Below the pieces are notes generated by a model that was given only the letters and a program-made list of their open reading frames with translations, did no database searches and was not told where the DNA came from. Positions 9,245-18,584 of a DNA stretch of 64,000 nt are shown piece by piece. Source of the stretch: an uncultured virus (IMG/VR IMGVR_UViG_3300046513_000217) (lineage: Duplodnaviria; Heunggongvirae; Uroviricota; Caudoviricetes); the IMG/VR virus record IMGVR_UViG_3300046513_000217. One strand, written 5' to 3'. Each line of letters begins with the position of its first letter. Position 1 is the first letter of the stretch. Made by a program: the position numbers and the translations under genes.

Positions 9245-10570
9245 ATGGCGCGCCGGTACGACACGGTCTACCGGGTGAAGCCGAGGGATAACCTCGGCGA
9301 CCCCGACTATTGGAACCGGCGCTTCGAGGATCTCGATCGTCGAGTTTCATCCAACGAAGATGGACTCGACGCCATCGGCGGGTTGACGACGTACGTTGAG
9401 GGCCTGGCCCTCAATCGACTCGACCTCGTTCTCGCGCCCGCTCTCGACAAGATCGCGCTGGTGTCCGAGCAGGGCTTCCTGCTCGCTCACTCCGGCTCCA
9501 CGGTGACGCTCGACCTCGCTACGTCTCAGACGTTTGCAATCCCCGACGCTGCCGAACGTGAGCTATTCGCGCCGTCGCCGTATCTGACGATCTGTCGCGA
9601 AAACAGCATGACTGACTATGCGTTCGCCAAGCTGCTGTCCTGGAACAGGACCAGTGGCCAGCTCGTCGTCCAGCCGTTGCAGATTTACGGCAATGCCGGT
9701 CCGTTCTCGGACTGGGTCATCTATGTTGGAACGGCCATTTCTCAGGCCGTCGCCGACGTTCTGACCCAGACCAAAGCTGCGCGTGACGCGGCGTTCACCT
9801 ATCGCGATCAGGCCGGAACGAACGCGGGTCTCACCGCGGCTGACAAGGCCGACGTGGCCCAGATGAAGGCCGACACGCTCGCGGCTCGCGACCAGGCGCA
9901 GACGGCTGCCGACAACGCCGGAACGTTCGATCCGACCAACTACGCCAACAAGACGTATGTCGACGGCAAGATCGCCAACCTCATCAATGCGGCTCCTGCC
10001 GCGCTCGATACGCTCAAAGAGCTGTCGGACGCGCTCGGCGGGGACGCAAGTTTCTCGGCGACGGTCACCGCTTCGCTGGGCAATCGCCTTCGGGTGGACG
10101 TCAATAGCCAAGGGCTCGACACCACCAAACAGCAGAACGGCCGGACCAACCTCGGTCTCGGTACGATCTCGACGAAGAACGTCGCGACCACCGCGGAGAT
10201 CAGGAGCAACACCAACCTTGGCGCCCTCACGGTCGATGGAGCTTGGGCTGCCGCCGCCTGGGTCGACCTGGGTAACAGCGGGAGCGGAAACGTCAACATC
10301 GACTGCAGCCTGGGAGTTCGCTTCCGCGTCGTCTTGACCGGAAACGTCGTCGTCAACTTCCTCAATGCGAAGGATGGGCAGACGGTCGACGTGATCTTCA
10401 CGCAGGACGCGACTGGCGGCCGGACGCTGAGCTGGAACTCCAATGTCCGCTTTCCCAATGGAGTCGTTCCGACTGTGGCTACGGCTGCGAGTGGATGGGC
10501 TCTCGTCTACACGGGGGTCTACAGCTCGATCTTCAATCAGTGGCTTGGCGCAGGATGGAAAAACACCTGA
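9245..10570 (+). CDS. Tail fibre protein
   Basis: APAALDTLKELSDALGGD fibre motif; C-terminal TQDATGGRTLSW domain. Confidence 0.8.
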   Translation: MARRYDTVYRVKPRDNLGDPDYWNRRFEDLDRRVSSNEDGLDAIGGLTTYVEGLALNRLDLVLAPALDKIALVSEQGFLLAHSGSTVTLDLATSQTFAIPDAAERELFAPSPYLTICRENSMTDYAFAKLLSWNRTSGQLVVQPLQIYGNAGPFSDWVIYVGTAISQAVADVLTQTKAARDAAFTYRDQAGTNAGLTAADKADVAQMKADTLAARDQAQTAADNAGTFDPTNYANKTYVDGKIANLINAAPAALDTLKELSDALGGDASFSATVTASLGNRLRVDVNSQGLDTTKQQNGRTNLGLGTISTKNVATTAEIRSNTNLGALTVDGAWAAAAWVDLGNSGSGNVNIDCSLGVRFRVVLTGNVVVNFLNAKDGQTVDVIFTQDATGGRTLSWNSNVRFPNGVVPTVATAASGWALVYTGVYSSIFNQWLGAGWKNT

Positions 10571-11142
10571 TGTCGTTCCTCCCATTCCTCAATCGCGTCC
10601 GAGTCGGATCACTGAAGCCACCGGTATTCCCTGGATCTCAGAGCTACGGTTACGGCAGCTATAGTCCAGTAATCCCCGAGTACAACTCCATAACCATGGA
10701 GATCTGGGGTGCTGGCGGCGGCAGCAGTAATGCTGCGCAAGGCAGCATCCAGGCGACGGACGGTGGCACCAGCTACTTCGCAGCGCCTTCCGGTACGATT
10801 ATCGCCTACGGCGGGACTCACAGTTACTTTGACGCCGGCGGAGAAGAGGTAGTGCCAGTTGCTGGGTCACACGGATCTGCGTCTGGTGGCGACGTCAATA
10901 CGACCGGCGGCGGCAATCCAGGCGGCTCTGCGGCCGTTTGGAACACCATCGCTGGCGCACCAGGAGGAAATGGCGGCTACGTCAGGAAGACGTGGACATT
11001 CGGTCAGGCCGGTGCGCCAGTTGTTGGATCTGCCTACACGCTCGTTTGCGCTGGCGGAGGCGCTGGCGGCGTCTACGAATTTAACCAGGAGCTAAACGGC
11101 CATCCTGGATCAAACGCATCAGCCAGACTAACTTGGAGTTAA
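10570..11142 (+). CDS. Gly-rich fibre tip/receptor-binding subunit
   Basis: EIWGAGGG...GGNGGY...GGGAGG Gly-rich domain; stop/start overlap with fibre gene. Confidence 0.65.
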   Translation: MSFLPFLNRVRVGSLKPPVFPGSQSYGYGSYSPVIPEYNSITMEIWGAGGGSSNAAQGSIQATDGGTSYFAAPSGTIIAYGGTHSYFDAGGEEVVPVAGSHGSASGGDVNTTGGGNPGGSAAVWNTIAGAPGGNGGYVRKTWTFGQAGAPVVGSAYTLVCAGGGAGGVYEFNQELNGHPGSNASARLTWS

Positions 11143-11143
11143 C

Positions 11144-11623
11144 GTGGACATCATCGTAGTCCGCGAGACCTCACCCAATTTGTTCGAAGAGCTGCCGTGG
11201 GGCGCAACCATCGTCAATGGCGATGTTCTGCACCCGTGGCAGATCATTGAACTTTGGAGTGATGCAGATCTCGCTGCCGAAAATATCTACCGGGTCGAAC
11301 GAGCCACGGTCCCATCGGACAAGAAGCTGATCAACTCGACCTTTGTGCGAAACGCGCAGGGCGTTGTCGAGAATGTGTTGACGCTGGAGGACTTGCCTCC
11401 GCCGTCTGTCACTCCTTGGCAGATCCGGAAAGCTTTGAGTGCGACCGGTCTCAGGCAAGCGGTCGAAGACTTCGTCATGAGCCAGGACGTGGAAGTTCAG
11501 GACGCCTGGCACTACGCCTCATCGTTCGAGATCGAAAATCCCTTCTGGGAGCCAGGAATGGCGGCGCTCGGCAAGACTCACGACGACCTCGTGAACCTCT
11601 TTCGTCTGGCGGCGTCTCTCTGA
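11144..11623 (+). CDS. Tail fibre assembly-like protein
   Basis: SVTPWQIRKAL...AWHYA...LFRLAASL pattern; position after fibre. Confidence 0.6.
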   Translation: MDIIVVRETSPNLFEELPWGATIVNGDVLHPWQIIELWSDADLAAENIYRVERATVPSDKKLINSTFVRNAQGVVENVLTLEDLPPPSVTPWQIRKALSATGLRQAVEDFVMSQDVEVQDAWHYASSFEIENPFWEPGMAALGKTHDDLVNLFRLAASL

Positions 11624-11662
11624 CCTAACCGCTCGCTCGTAACCATCAACATCCACCCCTTC

Positions 11663-11691
11663 GGCCGCCCCCTCACCGGGCGGCTTTTTTC
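11663..11691 (+). terminator. Rho-independent terminator
   Basis: gccgccc...gggcggc stem followed by tttttt. Confidence 0.75.
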
Positions 11692-11708
11692 GTTTGGGAG
11701 AACCCTAC

Positions 11709-13145
11709 GTGACTCTTCAATATCTCCACGGCATCGAGACGATCGAACTCGACAGCCCCTCCGGTCCGGTCGAGACCGTCAAGTCCAACGTCATCGGACT
11801 CGTCGGCACCGCGCCTGACGCTGACCCGGATCTCTTCCCGCTCAACACTCCGGTGCCGGTGTTCGCCGACGCACTGAAGGCGGGTCAGCTGAAATCCACG
11901 GGCACTCTGCTCGACGGCATCGACGCGATCTACAGCCAGAAGTCGGCCGTTGTCGTGGTTGTCCGCGTCGCGGAAGGCCAGAGCCAGGAAGAGACCTGGT
12001 CCAACGCTGTGGGTTCGCCCAGCGGAAAGACCGGCGTCTGGTCGCTGCTCAAGTCCCGCCCGATGCTCGGCCTGGTGCCGAAGCTTCTGGTCGCCCCCGG
12101 CCTCACCTCGGGCCGTCCGACCAACGGCGTGAAGGGCTTCGTCATCGGCACCCAGGGTGCTGGCTACGTGCTCGCCACCACGAGCGTGTCCGTCGCGGCT
12201 CCCCAGGCTGGCGGTCGCCAGGCTCAGGCTGTCCCGCAGGTTGTCGGCGGCAAGCTGACCGGCATCATCCTCACCGACCCCGGCTACGGCTACACGTCGG
12301 CTCCGGTCGTCACCATCACGGGCGCGGGCACGGGCGCTGCGGCGACCGCTACCCTCGGCCACGTTGCCAACCCGGTCGGCGTCGCCTTCGCCTCGATCGT
12401 CGATCGCCTCCGCGCGGTGGCGTTCCTCGATGGCCCCGGCACCTCGTACGAGGATGCTGTCGAGTACCGTCAGGACTACGGCAGCCAGCGCATCTCGATC
12501 GTCGACCCCGGCGTTCTGAGCTGGGACATCGAGAACTCCATCTACACGACCAAGCCCGCCTCCGCTTACGCGGCCGGCATCCAGGCTCGGATCGATGAGG
12601 AGAAGGGCTTCTGGTACTCGTTCTCGAACGAGCTGATCCAGAACATCGGTGGCCCCGGCCGCCCGGTGGACTTCATGCCGAACGATCGCGACTGCGAAGC
12701 CAACCAGCTGAACAGCCAGCAGATCACGACCATCATCCACGATGACGGTTTCCGGTTCTGGGGTCTGCGTAACACCGGCACCGACCCGCTCTGGGCCCAG
12801 CTCTCCGTGCGCCGTACGGCGGACATGGTCTACGAGAGCCTGGAGCGCGCCGAGCGCAACCGCCTCGACAAGCCCTTCAGCCTCCAGCTGCTGGCCGGCA
12901 TCCAGGGCGACGTCAACAAGTACCTCCGACTGCTCCGCTCCCGCGGCGCGCTGGTCGGCGGCAAGGCCTGGATCGACCCGACCATCAACACCCCGGCGAC
13001 GTTCGCTGCGGGCGAGCTGACGGTGGACTTCGATCTCGAGCCCCCGGCGTGCTTGGAGCACCTGCAGTTCCGTGCTCGACGCAACCCGAACTACTACACC
13101 GACTTCATCGAAGAGTTCACGCGCACGATCGCCAACAACGCCTAA
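11709..13145 (+). CDS. Tail sheath protein (P2 FI-like)
   Basis: YLHGIETIE, VIGLVGTAPDAD..FPLNTPV, GFRFWG.R, VRRTADM motifs. Confidence 0.92.
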   Translation: MTLQYLHGIETIELDSPSGPVETVKSNVIGLVGTAPDADPDLFPLNTPVPVFADALKAGQLKSTGTLLDGIDAIYSQKSAVVVVVRVAEGQSQEETWSNAVGSPSGKTGVWSLLKSRPMLGLVPKLLVAPGLTSGRPTNGVKGFVIGTQGAGYVLATTSVSVAAPQAGGRQAQAVPQVVGGKLTGIILTDPGYGYTSAPVVTITGAGTGAAATATLGHVANPVGVAFASIVDRLRAVAFLDGPGTSYEDAVEYRQDYGSQRISIVDPGVLSWDIENSIYTTKPASAYAAGIQARIDEEKGFWYSFSNELIQNIGGPGRPVDFMPNDRDCEANQLNSQQITTIIHDDGFRFWGLRNTGTDPLWAQLSVRRTADMVYESLERAERNRLDKPFSLQLLAGIQGDVNKYLRLLRSRGALVGGKAWIDPTINTPATFAAGELTVDFDLEPPACLEHLQFRARRNPNYYTDFIEEFTRTIANNA

Positions 13146-13244
13146 GGCGCAGGCGCTCCGCAACAACCCTTCAACCACACAGCTAGTCGCAAGCCGCTCG
13201 GTCCTCACGGGGCCGGGCGTGCTTCTGGCTGGCCGGAGAGATAA

Positions 13245-13769
13245 ATGAGCAATCTTCGCGACTCCAACATTTTCCAGGACTTCACGGTCTGGATCGACGA
13301 CATCGGCAAGATCGGTGAAGCCCCGAACTTCCAGCCGCCCGAAATCAACATCCAAACGGAAGAGTTCCGCGGCGGTGGCATGGACGGCACGGCTGAGATC
13401 CCCATGGGGATCGAGAAGATCGAGTTCGACTTCAACCTCCACACCTGGGACGAGCAGGTCTGGCAGAACCTCGGCTACGGCCCGGGCTCGCTCGACGTGC
13501 CGATCACCTTCCGTGGCTACCTGCTCACCGCGAGCGGCGCCGAGAAGGGCGTGGTCATCGAAACCCACAGCTTGATCAAGTCCCTCAAGCCCAGCCGGGT
13601 CGAGGCCGGCAAGAAGGCGGACCTCGCGGTCAGCCTGGTGGCGAACTATTACCGTCACGAGATCAATGGCGTCACCGTCACTGAGATCGACGTGTTCAAC
13701 AAGATCACGATCATCGGCGGAACGGACCAGAGCGCAAACGCTCGGCGGATCCTTGGCTTCACCTACTAA
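13245..13769 (+). CDS. Tail tube protein (P2 FII-like)
   Basis: EEFRGGGMDG...MGIEK...EIDVFN motifs. Confidence 0.92.
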   Translation: MSNLRDSNIFQDFTVWIDDIGKIGEAPNFQPPEINIQTEEFRGGGMDGTAEIPMGIEKIEFDFNLHTWDEQVWQNLGYGPGSLDVPITFRGYLLTASGAEKGVVIETHSLIKSLKPSRVEAGKKADLAVSLVANYYRHEINGVTVTEIDVFNKITIIGGTDQSANARRILGFTY

Positions 13770-13798
13770 GGCGTAGTCAGAGAGATCAAACCAAACTG

Positions 13799-13831
13799 AG
13801 GCCTCGCCCTAACCGGCGGGGCCTTTTTTTC
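13799..13831 (+). terminator. Rho-independent terminator
   Basis: aggcctcgcc-ctaacc-ggcggggcct followed by T run. Confidence 0.75.
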
Positions 13832-13860
13832 TGTGCAAAGAAACAAGGCGTGCAAACCAA

Positions 13861-14142
13861 ATGGCTACCGAAAAGACGAACTTCCCCCTGAAATATCCCT
13901 TCGAACACCGCGGTGCGACCTACAGCGAGTTCAATGCTCGCCGCCCGAAGGTCCGCGACATCCGCACGTTCATCAAGAACGTCGAGAAGGACGGCATGGT
14001 CGCGATGGAGAAGGCCCTGGCCGATCTCATGGAGATCGACAACGTGATCGTCGCTGAGATCGACTCCGAAGACTTCGGCCCCATGAAGGCGTGGTTCGAA
14101 GGTTTTTTGGAGCTAATGGCGGGCGGATCCAAAGAATCCTAA
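13861..14142 (+). CDS. Tail assembly chaperone (P2 gpE-like)
   Basis: L.YP...RRPKVRD...D.EDF motif; between tube and tape measure. Confidence 0.85.
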   Translation: MATEKTNFPLKYPFEHRGATYSEFNARRPKVRDIRTFIKNVEKDGMVAMEKALADLMEIDNVIVAEIDSEDFGPMKAWFEGFLELMAGGSKES

Positions 14143-14306
14143 TCGACAGCTTCCCGATCTTCGAGCGCTTCCACTGGACGCTCGAAGACGTGGAGCGACT
14201 GGATTGGGACGACTTTATCCTGATCGCTGACAGCGTTCAGGAACTCAACAGGCGCGACGCTGAAGAAATAGCGCGATTGCGTGCGGCTCAGGGCGGCGGA
14301 AAGTAG
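14103..14306 (+). CDS. Frameshift extension of tail chaperone (gpE'-like, -1 frame)
   Basis: Slippery T TTT TTG at 14103-14109; -1 frame encodes FHWTLEDVERLDWDDF. Confidence 0.75.
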   Translation, partial: FFGANGGRIQRILIDSFPIFERFHWTLEDVERLDWDDFILIADSVQELNRRDAEEIARLRAAQGGGK

Positions 14307-14345
14307 CCCTGAGTCCCCATTTTTTTTGACTCTCGGGGAGCGGCA

Positions 14346-17300
14346 ATGTCCGACAACAATCTCGACATCAGGGCACGCCTCACTGGCGAAGATCGGCTGT
14401 CCCCGACCGTCGTGAAGCTCTTGGCGAAGATCAAGAGCCTCGAAGAACAGATGAAGAAGCTCGGCAAGGCCGGCTCCAGCATCGACGTCATCCCGATGGA
14501 GAAGTACGTCCAGGCCGCCAACAAGGCTGGCCGGTCGCTCAACGGTCTGACGAAAAAGCACTACGACTGGGCGAAGGCCAACGGCGTCCAGACGGACAAG
14601 GCCGCGCTCGGGTGGGGCAAGCTCACCAACCGCATCATCGAGCTCAAAGAGCAGCACGAAGCCTACGTGAACTCGCACAAGCGCGGGCACGCCACGATGG
14701 CCAAGAACATCGAGAAGCAGCTCCGCAACGAGTACAAGAACGCCGTAGCGTATCGGTATCTGTACAACAAGACCAACGACGAGCGCGTCGGGATGCAGCG
14801 TCGCGTCACCGAGCAGCTCTCCAACCTCGAAGCAACCCACCTCAGGAACGAGGAAAAGCGCCACCGCGCCCATCTCGGCAACATCAGCCGAATGCGGAGC
14901 GATGCGCTGCGCAGCATGCGATCGATGGGCAACCTCGGCAATCGAGCGATCCCGTACGCGGCGGCAGCGGCTGGCGCCACCGGTTATGCCGGCGTAAGCG
15001 CGTTCCGCACGCGCATGAAGACCGACACCGCCGAGACGAACATGCGAATGTTCGGCGACATGAGCCAGGACGATGTCCGGGCCTGGCGCAAGTCGTTCGG
15101 CAACCGCTCGGCCATCAAGTATGGCATGAAGCCCGACGAGATGATCAACGCTCAGACCGAGGTGATCAAGGCCGGTATTCCGAAGGAAAAGGCCAACTCC
15201 GTCACCGAAACGATCCTCAAGGCCGGAGCCGGCCTCGATCTCGACCTGAAGGAAACGACCAGGTTCGCAACCCGACTCGCGACCCTCACCCAGGACATGA
15301 GCAACCTGGATCCCGAGAAGCTGAAGAAGATGCTCAACTCGGTCGCCATCGCCGGCATCGCCACGGCGGCTGACCCGAACGAGATCATTGCGGCCAACAG
15401 GCGCGCATCCGGTGCTTTCGCCTCCTCGAAGATGAGCCCGAACGATCTGTCGGCGTTCACGTCGGCAGGCATCTCGGCAGGCTTGCCTTCGTCGAAGACC
15501 GGTACCTTCCTCGGCTTCCTCGTCAACGAGTTGGTGGGAGGAAAGTTCGCCAAGGGCCAGCGTGCTCAGGACCTGAACAAGGCTTCCAACCTGCTCGGCA
15601 TGGGCGGACGTCAGAACATGTCCGCCAAGATGGCGGCAGACCCGACCAACACCATGATGTCCATCTTCGAAAAGATGGGCGGCATGAATGAGCAGAAGCA
15701 GGCGCAGGTTGCGACCTTGCTCGGCATGCGCGAGTGGCGCGACGAACTGCAGACCTTCGTCCAGGTTCGTGACGATATCGCCAGGACGCTGAAGGAGATC
15801 AACGACCCGAAGAAGCAGGCTGAGATCGACCGCATCAGCGACTCCAAGCTGAAGTCGCTCGCCGGCCGGTGGAAGTCTCTCGTTTCGGCCATGACCCTCG
15901 TTTGGGAAGCGGTCGGCTCAGGGCTGGAGAAAGCCTTCGGTCAGGTATCCGAGTTCTTCACCGACTACCTCGGGAATTTCGACACCGCGAAGATTACCAA
16001 AACGGTCGAGGCCTTCACTGACGGCATCGTCGCCGGTCTTGGCTTCGACAGCTGGTCGGACATGCTCAAGGCAGCGTTCGGCGATCCCAGCACCGTCAAG
16101 GAATACTCCAAGGAGGTGTTCGGCTTCGTCAAGGGCTTCATGAGCCAGATGAAGGAGATGTGGACCACGGCGACGACGATCTGGAGCGGTCTGATGAAGG
16201 CGGCCGGCGTCAACACCGCGGACCCGGAAGCGATCGGCAGGTTCACCGGCAAGCTGGTGGAGCTGGGCGTTGCGCTCAAGGGTATCGGCATGCTCGGCGA
16301 GGCGCTCGCTGGCATCACCACGTTCGTCAAGGGCTTGGCCGGTTTGGCCAGCATGTTCCTGAGCATCCCGGGTCTTGCGACCTTGGGCGCCGTGTTCAAC
16401 AACCTTGGCGTATCGAGCAGCGCTCAGAAGCAGTCCGGCGAGACGACGAGTGAGTGGCGCGAGCGGCAGCAGAAGCTGAAGGAGCTGCGCACCTACAAGA
16501 CTCCGTCCGGCGCTGATCCGCTGTTCCAGCCTTCGAGCTACACGGGAGCGACTGACTTCTCCGGTCGCCGACGTTCCAGTGACTTGTCTGACAACCTCAA
16601 CAAGTTCACCGGCAAGGTCGAGCGCGCGGCGTTCATCAACAGCGGCGGTCTCGGTGGCGGCCTGCAATACGCAGCGATGGGAGGCTCCGGTCGGGGCCTC
16701 TCCGGCGGCGGTGGCGGTGGTGGCGGCCTCGGCGGCATGATCGGCGGCATTCCCAGCCTGCTGAACAGCACGCCTGGCTCGGCTCTGCCTGACATCGGTG
16801 TTGGGCGCAGCGGCGCTATCATCGGTCGAGACAGGGTTGGAGCCCTCACGGGCGCCAGCAAGGTCCCGTCGATCGGAGGCGCTCCTGGAAGTGCAGCTGC
16901 GGACATGACCGCCGGTCAGGGTCTCAGCGGCAACGCCTTCTTGGCTGCTCGTCGCGCAAGGTTTGGTGAGGAGCTGAACAACGACCCGAACCTGAGACTG
17001 CATCTGGCCGCCATGCAGGCGACTGAAGGTGCAAGCAGGGGTGGGACGATCGAAAGCCTCATGAACCGTTCGGACATGCAGGGCAAGTCGATGCGTCAGA
17101 TGCTCGGCTACAGCGCTGATGGCAAGATCAACCCGAGAAGCTTCTACGGTCCCATCCGTCGAGGTGAACTCGGCCCGACGATCGAGAGGTTGAAGCGTAA
17201 CCCGGCAGAGTTTGCCAAGTACGACGCTCTCACCAACCGAGCGCTCTCGGGAAGCCACATCATCGGAGGCTACACCGACCAAGGACTACCGACCGATCCC

Positions 17301-17708
17301 AACGGATCTGCGCGAACGGGCATCCCCGGGCTTAGGCTCAAGGACCCGCGTACCGGCAAGACGGACGGCAACGAGTTCACGGACTGGGTTGGCCCCGGAT
17401 CGAGTTTCGGACGTGGTCGCAACGGTGCGATCAACTATCGCAAGTTCCTTGAGAACGGCATCAACGGAAGCGGTGACAGCCCCATCGGTGCTGTTCCGTC
17501 TCCGAGCGATGCCATCAAGAACGTCCCGATGGGTCCGGCAGCAACGCCGGGCGTTGGCGCGGGCGACATCCGCTCCAGCGGCGGACCGGTGGCGATCCAC
17601 ATCAACGGCTCGTCTCACGATCCGGAAGCACTGGCAACGCTGGTGCAGCGCCGGGTCGACGAAAGCATGAACTGGCGAACCCACGATACCGCGTCGGAAT
17701 ACTCCTAA
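14346..17708 (+). CDS. Tape measure protein
   Basis: 1120 aa, Ala/Gly-rich helical, directly after chaperone. Confidence 0.88.
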   Translation: MSDNNLDIRARLTGEDRLSPTVVKLLAKIKSLEEQMKKLGKAGSSIDVIPMEKYVQAANKAGRSLNGLTKKHYDWAKANGVQTDKAALGWGKLTNRIIELKEQHEAYVNSHKRGHATMAKNIEKQLRNEYKNAVAYRYLYNKTNDERVGMQRRVTEQLSNLEATHLRNEEKRHRAHLGNISRMRSDALRSMRSMGNLGNRAIPYAAAAAGATGYAGVSAFRTRMKTDTAETNMRMFGDMSQDDVRAWRKSFGNRSAIKYGMKPDEMINAQTEVIKAGIPKEKANSVTETILKAGAGLDLDLKETTRFATRLATLTQDMSNLDPEKLKKMLNSVAIAGIATAADPNEIIAANRRASGAFASSKMSPNDLSAFTSAGISAGLPSSKTGTFLGFLVNELVGGKFAKGQRAQDLNKASNLLGMGGRQNMSAKMAADPTNTMMSIFEKMGGMNEQKQAQVATLLGMREWRDELQTFVQVRDDIARTLKEINDPKKQAEIDRISDSKLKSLAGRWKSLVSAMTLVWEAVGSGLEKAFGQVSEFFTDYLGNFDTAKITKTVEAFTDGIVAGLGFDSWSDMLKAAFGDPSTVKEYSKEVFGFVKGFMSQMKEMWTTATTIWSGLMKAAGVNTADPEAIGRFTGKLVELGVALKGIGMLGEALAGITTFVKGLAGLASMFLSIPGLATLGAVFNNLGVSSSAQKQSGETTSEWRERQQKLKELRTYKTPSGADPLFQPSSYTGATDFSGRRRSSDLSDNLNKFTGKVERAAFINSGGLGGGLQYAAMGGSGRGLSGGGGGGGGLGGMIGGIPSLLNSTPGSALPDIGVGRSGAIIGRDRVGALTGASKVPSIGGAPGSAAADMTAGQGLSGNAFLAARRARFGEELNNDPNLRLHLAAMQATEGASRGGTIESLMNRSDMQGKSMRQMLGYSADGKINPRSFYGPIRRGELGPTIERLKRNPAEFAKYDALTNRALSGSHIIGGYTDQGLPTDPNGSARTGIPGLRLKDPRTGKTDGNEFTDWVGPGSSFGRGRNGAINYRKFLENGINGSGDSPIGAVPSPSDAIKNVPMGPAATPGVGAGDIRSSGGPVAIHINGSSHDPEALATLVQRRVDESMNWRTHDTASEYS

Positions 17709-17766
17709 CGAATTGACCCTGGCCCTACGGGGCCGGGGTCCTCCACTCAAACCCGCGAGGAAATAG

Positions 17767-18273
17767 ATGGCGGACGTTCTACTCGGTCTTGGCTCCCAAG
17801 ATCCCAATGCCAGCGACCAGACCGGACTGATCCTCTTCTACGTGCCGTCGCAGGGCAACGACACTCCCAACTTCGAGTCGCTTCAGCGCGACGCTCAATA
17901 CACCTGGACCTCGGCCGATCGCCTCTCGCGCGATCCTGCAATGCAGTTCACCGGTCCCGGCGAGGACAATGTGGTCATCGAAGGCCGCATGTTCCCCTAC
18001 CATTTCGGCGGCCTGTCCACCCTTGAGCGCATGCGCCAGGCGGGACGCGCGGGCAAGCCCATGATGCTCGTTCGTTTCTATCCACTGACAAATCCTGCCG
18101 GGTACGGCTCAGAGGTGATCGGAAACTACGCCATCAAGCGAGTCCGCACCGCGGAGTCCAAGATCGGTCGCATCGGCATCGCGCACAAGATCGACTTTAC
18201 TCTGGAGCTGCAGCGCTACGGGGACGATCTCACGCAGACCTCGAGTCTGCTCAACCAGTTCACGGCGACCTAA
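17767..18273 (+). CDS. Tail tube initiator (P2 gpU-like)
   Basis: R....W....R....PA.QFTGPGED...IEG motif. Confidence 0.85.
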   Translation: MADVLLGLGSQDPNASDQTGLILFYVPSQGNDTPNFESLQRDAQYTWTSADRLSRDPAMQFTGPGEDNVVIEGRMFPYHFGGLSTLERMRQAGRAGKPMMLVRFYPLTNPAGYGSEVIGNYAIKRVRTAESKIGRIGIAHKIDFTLELQRYGDDLTQTSSLLNQFTAT

Positions 18274-18494
18274 TGTCGATTTACATCACCAAGCTTTACG
18301 ATCGGCTCGATCGCATCTGCTACGAGCGATACGGGTCGACGGCGAACCAGATCGTTGAGTGGGTCATCGAGCAGAACGACGGCATCGAGCTGCACGGCAT
18401 CCTCTTGCCTCTCGGCATCGAGATCAACCTGCCAGAGGCGCCGCGCCAACTGACGCAGCCTCCCGTCATCCCACAAGTCTTCCTCTGGAAGTAA
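18273..18494 (+). CDS. Tail protein X (LysM-like)
   Basis: D.LD.IC..RYG...VE.V...N...LP.G..I.LP motif. Confidence 0.85.
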   Translation: MSIYITKLYDRLDRICYERYGSTANQIVEWVIEQNDGIELHGILLPLGIEINLPEAPRQLTQPPVIPQVFLWK

Positions 18495-18496
18495 CC

Positions 18497-18540
18497 TATA
18501 CGCGCTCGCGTATAACCAGCATTTATACGCGATCGCGTAT
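18497..18540. repeat. Two tandem ~18-bp near-perfect palindromes forming a larger inverted repeat
   Basis: TATACGCGCTCGCGTATA (18497-18514) and TATACGCGATCGCGTAT (18524-18540). Confidence 0.85.
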
Positions 18541-18542
18541 CG

Positions 18543-18568
18543 GGCCGTCCTTCGGGGCGGCCTTTTTG
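18543..18568 (+). terminator. Rho-independent terminator
   Basis: ggccgtcc-ttcg-gggcggcc followed by ttttt. Confidence 0.7.
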
Positions 18569-18584
18569 CGTTAGGAGGCACTGC

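Noticed and set aside
9245..11623. Diversity-generating retroelement or invertible fibre cassette
   Set aside because: No reverse transcriptase, template/variable repeat pair or invertase was seen in the window.
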